This document shows positions 52,301 through 64,000 of a stretch of DNA of 64,000 nt, in pieces; position 1 is the stretch's first letter, and every line of letters begins with the position of its first letter. The notes beneath the pieces are model-generated. The model was given only the letters and a program-made list of their open reading frames with translations, did no database searches and was not told where the DNA came from. Location: positions 1 through 64,000 of the forward strand of contig NIVC01000043.1 in the NCBI GenBank assembly GCA_002269645.1. Reading direction: 5' to 3'. A program made the position numbers and the translations under genes. The DNA comes from Macrostomum lignano. Lineage: Eukaryota.

Positions 52301-52455
52301 ACAAGATATGGTATTTGAAAGGCTTTACAGAGGATTTGGAGATGATTTGGAAGATGGAATTCAAGTCATGGAATTTCAGCTGATGGATTTCAGGGAATGG
52401 AATTCAGGTGATGGGAGTTCTTCCCCTTTCTCCTCCAGAGGAGGAGTTGGCCTCG
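46384..52455 (+). mobile_element. Tandem array of 3 non-autonomous Helitron-like units (family B)
   Basis: 5' end TCCTAATACTAAAAC followed by (GTCT)n; 3' hairpin CTCCTCC-AGA-GGAGGAG then TTGGCCTCG. Units 46384-48356, 48357-50531 (with a 399-bp internal duplication at 48809-49606) and 50532-52455. Left flank ends in A. Confidence 0.8.
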
Positions 52456-55323
<2,868 letters not shown>

Positions 55324-55333
55324 TCGTTCTAAT

Positions 55334-55377
55334 AAAATCCTGACGATGCACCATGGCGTGCGAAACGCGTTGAAGTT
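55334..55377 (+). ncRNA. Minimal type I hammerhead ribozyme motif (Penelope-type)
   Basis: Core CTGACGA at 55340-55346, stem II gcac/gtgc, GAAA at 55362-55365, palindromic stem III ACGCGT, cleavage triplet GUU at 55369-55371. Stem I is weak (4 of 6 pairs). Confidence 0.75.
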
Positions 55378-55804
55378 GTTAGAAATTGCAATCATATTCA
55401 AATGTTGATATTAAGCTTTCTATTTATGTCCAATTGTCTACTTTAGCAAGCAGTAGCAACTCGCGACTTGTTTTTTCAACTGTTAGCAGATCGGCTACAC
55501 AAAGGACAAAATAATTTAATTAAGCAGGCACACGTTCTCACTGTGTGTACAGCGCCCGGACTTTCTCATGGTCAATGACTGTACACTCTTTAGGCCTTTT
55601 TGTTGGCCCTCATGGGCGTAAATCGCTCGAGCTTCAGGACCGATTGGGTTGGTATACAAATTGTGCGGCTCACGCTAGAAAATAGGTCAAGGTCTTGCGC
55701 GCCTGCACATGTGAGGCCTGCCATTGGTCAGGACTAGCTGCTTGGTAGACTGTCGATCAGTTCAGTGCACAATTAATTACAACTACCCGAATTGGGCCAG
55801 ATGT

Positions 55805-56066
55805 GCAACCGACAGCTCAGCCGCAGCTATTGCGCGGCGCATCTAAAGGCTGCGTACGGCTGTTCAGTCCAAGGACTGGGGGGTTGGGGGGGGTCGCCAC
55901 ACAGTCTCAATTACCCCAGCTATGCTGGCACCCATTTTACAGCTGGGTGAAGTGAAGTGATGCAGAGTTATGTGTCTTGCTGAAGGACACAGATAGTTCC
56001 GAGTGGGTCGAGAATCGAACCCCCGACCTTAGAGTCGTGAGTCCGACGCTCTGACCACTAGGCTAA
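55805..56066 (-). mobile_element. tRNA-derived SINE (family 1), second copy
   Basis: Aligns by eye along its whole length to 21977-22235; A box TAGCCTAGTGG, B box GGTTCGATTC. Confidence 0.85.
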
Positions 56067-56079
56067 CCCTACTGATGCG

Positions 56080-56744
56080 ATGAACATAGCCGATGATCTT
56101 AAAAGTTGCGCTGACGTGAATCAAAAGGGTAAATATGCCTTAGAATTTATGAATAAGTTTTGCGTGCTGCGATCCAACCGCTCTCCAGATACGTCAGCAG
56201 CCTGTCTCTGGAACTGCGCCAGGTCAAATCAAACGGCTGCTATTTTTTCGCCGCCGATTCGTCCTATCCAGACGACAAGTTGAGCGATAGCGAAGGCGAT
56301 GACGACGACGATGACGGTGTCAGCCTGGCCAGCTCGGAGCCCATCGACCGGCTTTGGCCGGCGGCCGCAAAACTCGCCGCCGACATGTCGATGTCGCCAG
56401 ACGAGGTCGACGGAGCGCCGGCGGACCTGTTGGCGGCGCAACTGCTCGAACGGTTAGCTGACAACGATCTGTCCGGAGCGATTCGTCACTGCCGACTGCT
56501 GCTCACCTTCCAGCCGCATAGCGGAGAGGCTCGGGAGCTGCTGGCCACCCTGTCGGAGCGCGACCAGCAGCAGCGAGACGATCTGCTCGAGTCGAACTCG
56601 GAATCGACGGACACCGAATCGGAGACCTACTTCAGATACTTTCACCACGATCAGCACGGTCGGAATGAGGACGAGGCGGAGAGTAGGCGGACTTCGTCTG
56701 ACGCGTCGGATCACTTTCTAGATGCTTCGTCGTCCTCTGACTGA
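56080..56744 (+). CDS. Acidic protein with an ERICH2-like helical domain; tentative join(56080..56128,56272..56744)
   Basis: Phase-1 donor gtaaat at 56129 and acceptor tatccag| at 56271 join in frame. APADLLAAQLLERLADNDLSGAIRHCRLLLTFQPHSGEARELL resembles, from memory, the ERICH2 AP-x-EL...A..LC..IL.YEP.N.EA.EF segment; flanked by Asp/Glu/Ser-rich tracts. The true start is uncertain. Confidence 0.6.
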
Positions 56745-58146
56745 CGCTTTTCTATAGCTTAGCTTAACCCTGAAAATTATAAATCCACAGAAGACTATAT
56801 TAACCTGACCTTGGCTATGAACTCCTAAACACATTTGTTTACATTTGAATTGTTAGATTGTTATATATAGTCAGATGCTTTGACTAAACTCGCATATCTT
56901 TCGAAAACAAATTTACCGGATTCTAAACATATAAAACTACATGTATGCATACAGCCAGTTTAGCAAACCTCGATGCTTTTCTAGCTGTCCGTTTAGTAGT
57001 TAAAAATACATTCGATCATTTTATTCAATTATAAATACGAGCGCTCATTTACAGAGCAGATATATTCGATCTTATTAAAAATATAGCTACATGATAGAGT
57101 AATGTGTGTTGTTTTAAGCTTTCCATGGTCTTTTGAATTAAATAATAAATGGCAAGCAAGGAAGTCCTTGGTGGTAAGTTTGCAAGAACCAATAACTTAT
57201 ACAGCCACTACATGTAGATTAAAGTCAACTTGTGATTCCTACATGTATACAAACCGCGCATTAAAAATCGAACTCCATATAGTTAATGTAAAGCTTAATA
57301 TGTACATGCAGCAAATAAGTGGAGGTGTGGCATAGGTAAATTTATTTATGTATGTATCGATGCGTGTGCGTACATAATATTTTTGAACACTGCATTTATT
57401 ATTGCATATATATATGTAAAGTTACAGTACATGTTTGCATTTTAACTAAACAACTTTTTTAACTTAAAACTTTTTTAGGTTTAGGAGTCCTAACTCCTAA
57501 AAGCCTTTAATTATTTATTTTGGATTGTATGGCGAACAATTCTGCTTCGACATGAATGTATCTCGGCCCAGCAAACACATGCAATTGCAAAGATTATCAA
57601 CAAATATCACATGAGCATTCACATTTATCCAAGCAACTACCGGTAGAAGTAGCACTTTGTGGAAGAAAAAAAAATATCAAATCAACAAATATAAAATTTT
57701 ATGCTTTCCGTTCCTGTATGAAAGATAGTTTTCTAATTTTAAGTTACTTGATAGGCTTCTTGAACTGAACAGTCCATCGAAGACCCGCATTAAAATTTCA
57801 ATATGCAACGCTGGAATGGCGTAACCTCAGATTATTAATTCTTAAAATTAATTCATATATTGAACAGACGGCCTATTTTAACTGATAAGTGAAAATAGTG
57901 TGTTTTAATTTTTTTTATAGAATAACTAGAACTACTATTTGTTATAAGTTACATGACAGGAGAGATTTTATTCGATTCTATGAAACTATCGTTCAACATG
58001 TGGCGGGCAGATCCCTCTTACTGAATTCGTATACGTCATCATCTGCATCAGTTTTTTAGATTAAAATTCGAAATTGATTAGCATTAAGTATTAAATAATA
58101 AGTGCAATTGAAATATCACGCTCTAATTCTTAGTAAATTTTAGAGA

Positions 58147-58236
58147 ATGTCCGAAAAAGTCGAAAAAACGGAGAAGCAAGAGAATGCGAAAGCGAATGGA
58201 AAAGCTAATGAAAAAGAAGCAAAGGAAGCAGAGCTG
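58147..58236 (+). CDS. First coding exon (MSEKVEKTEKQENAKANGKANEKEAKEAEL) of a gene continuing beyond a long intron
   Basis: ATG just after an acceptor-like aaattttag; 30 open codons; consensus donor CTG|GTGAGT (phase 0). No downstream exon found in the window. Confidence 0.55.
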
Positions 58237-58692
58237 GTGAGTTAATATGGAGTTAAGGTGTCCCCATTTCATTTTCTGGACTCCATAGGGCCCAGAGTTG
58301 GGGTTCCTTTTTCAGAATTTACCTCTATTATTTATGGCCTATGCTATTGATAGTATAAAATAAGGTCTATCATTTATCTACAGTGTGTCATTTTTACTTT
58401 TATCTCCATCATCTCTATACAACCTATCAAATTTACTTTGGTTGTATGGCATTCTTTCATTGTGCGATTGCCTACAATTGTCCATATGAAGGTTTGAGGC
58501 TTTTGTTATATGAGGCCTAATAAAAATGACTGACAATCTTTATAGTCATTTATAGAATGACATAAAGTGTACATTAGATTTGGCTAATATCTTTACAAAT
58601 GTAGCCTATATGTTCAATTGAATATTATTATTTCAATGCTGCAGGCTCATTCCATATAAGCATGGTCGTAACATGACAGGTTATTTTTACTT

Positions 58693-61600
58693 ATAAAATG
58701 AAATCTAATAATAGAATATACTAAACCAATATTTTAAATGAAAGATTATTTTGTCTAGAATATATTTATAGAGTTTCATATAGATATCATCATTAGTATA
58801 GATGCTATTAAACCTTAAATGACACTTATGGTCGTAACGACAGGATTTTTGACATATAGAAACTAAAAGGTAAAAGTCTTATAACATTTTTCATTTTTGA
58901 TATTTTGCAATACATTTTTAAAATTTGACTAAGAACATCTTTAGAAATCATACTCTTTTATTAGAATATATAAACTCAAAAGGCAACAAAGATACAAAAG
59001 AAAAGGCAGCCTTATGGTTGTAACATTATGGTCGTAACATATTTTTTTCTGTCAATTCAGTAACTTTGAGGTACTAATACATTAAAAATATAATAGATTA
59101 TTTGGTCAATAATGCTTTTATCTGATGATGCAAGTACTATACTTTTATCTATAGTTTGTTTCAACCTTCAAAAGCTTTCTATTTGTTTTTAAAAGGTACA
59201 AAATCTTAATGATGTCTTTTGCTTCGAAAAATGTCCAATTTTTTACAAAAATGACTTTTTGCCAATTGATAACATACTAATCCAACATTTTACCATTCCT
59301 TTATTCTTAGATTGTATATATTGCACAATATAAACATTTGGTAAAAAAATAGGCTAATTAGGCAATGGCAAGCAAAAATATTGACTTTTTTCTATTTTCC
59401 AAATATGTCCATCTTATATGGAATGAGCCTGCAGTCAAGATGCATGGAAATTTGGCAACAATTCAAGCAAATTCAGTGACAAGTCTTTTTAAATCTCTAT
59501 TTATTAGTCACAACCAAGGCTTTAGATATAGCCATCTGCTATTAGACAAACCTATATCCCATAGTCAGGATCATGCTATGTGTGAGCCGGAAACCACCTG
59601 AATTTTTTTAGGTGTGCACCAGGTATGCCAGGCAAAATGCACAAGTGCACTAGGTGTGCCAGTCCTAAATCCCAATCCTAATTTAAAAAAATGCTTGATA
59701 TATACAAAAAACACAATATATTGTAAGTTGTAATAAAATGAAATCTAGTAATAGAATATACTAAACCAATATTTTGAATAAAGGATTATTTTGTTAAGAA
59801 TATATTTATATAGTTTCATATAGATATCATCATTAGTATAAATGCTATTAAACCTTGAATGGCACTTATGGTTGTAACAACAGATTTTTGACACAGAAAC
59901 TAAAAGATAAAAGTCTTATAGCATTTTTCATTTTTGATATTTTGCAATACATTTTTTAAATTTGACTAAGAACAACTTTAGAAATCATATTCTTTTATTA
60001 GAATATATAAACTCACAAAGGCAACAAAGATACAAAAGAAAAGGCAGCCTTATGGTCGTAACATTTTTTCTGTCAATTCAGTAACTTTGAGGTATCAATA
60101 TATTAAAAATATAATAGATTATATAGTCGCTAATGTTTTTATCTGATTATGAAAGTATGATGTAACCGCCCTTGTCGCCTGTCCGCTCCGTAGAGAGACG
60201 AACGCATGACTAGAGGGGGCAATGACCGTAGGCTGCCTATGACCGGGCAATGACCTGACGGACCTCCAGCACCAGACTGTCCCGCCCACATGATTAGTAG
60301 CTTTGGTAGCGCTTCGTGACCAGAGGGCCAAGGACCCACATGGACCCCACCTGTAGCCAAGGTGCAATAGTTGGTCACTCGGTCATAGTATGACCGAGTG
60401 GCTGCCACCACTCTATGTGACCTGGCGCACCTGGATCTTTCTACCAACCTCTCGAGGCTAGAGCCCCGCCTGGATTGGTTACCAGGGGATTTAGGCTAAC
60501 AGGGGAGACGCATGCAGCCGAGTACAGGGACTCTGCTTGGGGCATGATCGGGAACTCTGGGCTCAATCCTGGAGGATTTCTCAGCAGGGGATCCTTTGTG
60601 GCTGTGAGCGAGGCTGACTTGCGACTTTGATTACTAAGAGTAGTATGAGGCGAACATGTACTGTCTACAGTTTAGATTGCTCAGGGCGAAGGGACGCGTC
60701 AGCATGGGGTTGCAACCTTCCTACTGCCATTCTGTGCCAAGACTCGCTAATTACCCTCCACTGCACGCACACGCGACCCCGCAGCACGCACTCACAGGCA
60801 GGCTTTGCACGGGGAGAGGCCATTAGCTTACCCAAACTTCCTTATGCTTTGCCACCCCGGGAGAAAGGCTTAGCAAGCCATGAGTTAAATGATAGTGAAA
60901 GATTGAATAATGATGAAGTTAGTTAGTAGTTAGTAATTAGGCCTTTAGGCGAATAATTAGGCAATTAGGCGGCTTCACTATTGAGTAAAATACAGCAAAA
61001 AGTTACGGTATCACAATTGGCTCAGCTCTCTAATCAGACAATGGGAAATAGGCAAACCCCGGATAAGCAAAGGCAATTAGAGCACAAATTAGTAGTAGGA
61101 ACTTACCGGCAGCTGCACAGAGAGAGAGAGAGGCGGAGTGACCGAGGGCGGCTGTAGGCTGCAGTCAGGCAGACGGTGAAGCGGCGATGCGCTGGAGCGA
61201 CGAGGCGCTGATGTAGATCAGGCGATGCTGATGATGCGGGGCGGTATCAGACCGCTGGCCGATAGGCGAGCTCACTTGGGGAGCTAAGGATAACTTGGCG
61301 GTAACAGACCGCGGGCCGGCAGGGATTCGTCTTATAGACGAATGGGTCAGAACTCAATCTGACAGCAAGTCCAAAGAAGGACGAGGAGAGGAACAGAGAT
61401 AAACTCAGTTGAGTATTCTCATGCCGAAATCGCTTCCTTTTATAGACCTCACAGCCGCCTCCTCAAGGTCGTTACCATGGCTCCCTCTCTCTGATTGGCT
61501 GCCGGCAGAATGACGTCAGAATGAGTCATGATGAGAAGCATGAGACCGGCATAGCAACATGAGAAATCGGGAAATTGCGCAATCCGGAGGTGGGGTGGGG

Positions 61601-62672
61601 GGATAATTGGCGCAGCGGGTGGTCGCAAAAGTGTTGCGCAAGCAAACATTGAGAACAATAGGGCTGGGGTCGAGAACAAAGGAATTGGAAATCGGGGATA
61701 ATTGGGGAAAACTGAGAACAATGGAAAAGTAAACATTGGAGAAAAGGTGATAATTAGGTGCGAAAACGAGAACAAAAGAAAGAGAAAACCGGAGAAAATG
61801 TGATAATTGGTGGGGGTCGAGAGAACAAAAGAAGCAAAAACGAGAACAATAGAAGCGGAGGTGGGGTGGGTGTCACATGAGAAATTTGGGAAGGAGAACA
61901 ATAGCGTGAGAAAAGGTTGCGCAAGAGAGGGGGATGAGTCATCGATGAGTCACCGAGGGGGAGAAGGGGTCACACGACTTGCGTCACCGTTTGGGAGTTT
62001 GAGAGGGGATGGGGAGACGGTGAGCACACAAAGTACTGTAAGTAGACACAGGGAAAGAGGGGACAGCGCAGGAAAAGAGTGCAGAGGGAGACAAAAAAAG
62101 GAGGAGGTAGAGAAAGTACAGGAAGAATAGGGCGGGAACAGAAGAGATAGGGTAGAGGGGGAGGTACAGAAAGGGGTAGGGGCTCCGGAAAGGCAGGTGT
62201 GGCGGCAGGAGAGACAGGACCAAGGCAGCAGGAGGGGTGCAGCAGAGCGGGAGTCTCCAGGCCCGGGCGGAGACCTGGCCGAGTCTCGACAGCTCTATGC
62301 AGAGGGTGCACGGGATAGGAGGCACTTTCGAAAAAGTTCCCATGCCCTATCCCGCGACCAGAGCGTGGTTACATCAAGTACTATAATTTTATCTATAGTT
62401 TGTTGCAACCTCCCAAAGCTTTCTATTTGTTTTTAAAAGGTACACAAAGTTAATGATGTCTTTTGCTTAGAAAAATGTCCAAATTTTTCCAAAAATGAGT
62501 TTTTGCCAATTGATAATATACTAATCCAACATTTTACCATTAATATATTCTTAGATTGTATATATTACACACTTACAACATTTGGCAAAAAATTGGCTGA
62601 TAAGGCAATGGTCAGCAAAAATATTGACTTTTTCTATTTTCCAAATATGTCCATCTTATCTGGAATGAGCCT
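58693..62672. repeat. Diverged tandem duplication of an AT-rich transposon-like segment (copy 1 58693-59429; copy 2 59733-60157 plus 62377-62672)
   Basis: Collinear similarity with a 1040-bp offset; repeated ttatgg(t/c)(c/t)gtaac motifs; copy 2 is split by the LTR at 60158-62376. Confidence 0.85.
60158..62376 (-). mobile_element. Solo LTR (2219 bp), Gypsy-like
   Basis: Termini TGATGTAACC...GGTTACATCA (10-bp inverted); 4-bp TSD AGTA (60154-60157, 62377-62380), supported by the empty site in the neighbouring duplicate near 59130. Minus-strand TATAAAAG near 61444 with CCAAT, CRE and AP-1 motifs upstream (61492-61530). Confidence 0.85.
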
Positions 62673-64000
62673 AAAGATTATAAATTGAAGATTTGAAGAT
62701 TTTTGTTTTTAATTGTAAAAATAAAGAATAAAAAGGAGAAATAAAACACGATTCAGAGAATATTTTAAATGAAGCAATAGTTGTCAATTGTCATAACAAT
62801 ATATTTGCAAAATCATTGTTAAACTTTGTGCAAAATTTCACGTTTCACATACTTTACATTTGAGGTGTGGTGGAGAAAGTTTTCTTGGAAATTGGTAGTT
62901 TGAAATTAGTTGCTGACACCACAGAGGTAGGGTAGATTTCACATTTGAGTTGCCGCCTGCATTGTCTTGGCATTTGTAAAGCTGGAAAAATTTCACAAAT
63001 AGATATGTTTAACTTCTCCTTAATACTCCGTCTGCTGGGTCCTTAATTCTGGGGGAGGGTAGTCGTGATTTGGGGTTGAGCAGTCTTTCAGTGGCATGGT
63101 TATTCAAATGGTTCCTTAGACACTGAAAAATTCATAGTTTGTCAGTATGCTTGGTTTGTTACTGTCAGTAGTAAAGTAGCGCTGCCACCACTGTAATTTT
63201 GTATTACGGAACGTTAAGGATCTCAGAGCTTTCTTTGAGTTCAGACTAATTAGTTGTTTTATGCCTGCGGGCAAATAACTCAATAGAGACTAAAAGCTTT
63301 GATTAGGAACAAATGAATAATTAATTGTCGTTATGTATTATTATTAGTTTCATGGTTATTAGGTTACTAGCAAGTTGGATAGATATTAACTACAATGCAA
63401 TTCTAAATGATTATTATTATTTGGCTAATGCAATGAGCAATGAGCAATGAGCTAGATCAAAATAAAGTTGAAACAGAGTTAGAAACAGATGAAAACAAGT
63501 CAAACAGGGTTAGCAAAAATTGATTTCAAGCAACATTTAAATAGTAGTGGGCACAAATAGACCCAGTGGGTGGGACAATGAATAGGACAAGGGAGGGGGC
63601 ACCCAAAGAAAAAAGGGAGAACCTGGCCAGTGGAAGCAGTAAAACAACTGAAAGCAAGAGAAGGAACAGCAGAAAGAGCAAACAGGGAAGCAAAGGATAG
63701 GATAAATGGGGAAACAGACAAGGGAATATATATTGGAAATAAATGATGTCAACCGCCAGTCATTTGCAAAACAATAGTCTGCCTGGTCTGCACTAAAGAT
63801 CTGCCGTCATCTTCCCCAGTGGTAGACTGGCTTACCATACATTCTTTGATTTTGTCTTTCGCAGTGGCTGTGGCACAGCCTCCTCCAGTGTATGCCATAC
63901 ATGTGCGCCAAGCAGGGTGTGCCAATTGTACATATGCCAAGGTGTATGCCAGAAGACTGTTTCAAAACTTTTGTGCGCCAAGTGTACGCCAGCTATCCCA

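Overview
Eukaryotic, intron-containing, repeat-dominated DNA with no prokaryotic features and no CRISPR. TTAGGG-type telomeric repeats, short introns and the SINE/LINE content suggest an invertebrate animal, possibly a Macrostomum-like flatworm; this is my inference and is not verified. Almost all long ORFs in the supplied track are artefacts of tandem repeats. Main content: (1) a 24-bp satellite at the left end; (2) a 17.7-kb head-to-tail array of eight mosaic non-autonomous Helitron-like units (2349-20099) carrying (TAACCC)n and GA-rich cargo; (3) a three-exon prepro-neuropeptide gene (28368-31109) with a signal peptide and 24 KR-flanked WLGDGIRT-type peptides, whose repeat variation is almost all synonymous; I do not recognise this peptide family; (4) LINE 3' fragments, two solo-LTR-like elements, tRNA-derived SINEs, a hAT MITE and many minisatellites; (5) a 9.5-kb composite (45926-55427) bounded by perfect 96-bp inverted repeats, each containing a Penelope-type minimal hammerhead ribozyme core, with a 10-12-bp target duplication and filled with two further Helitron families; (6) an ERICH2-like gene and isolated host exons. 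All calls were made by eye without database searches.
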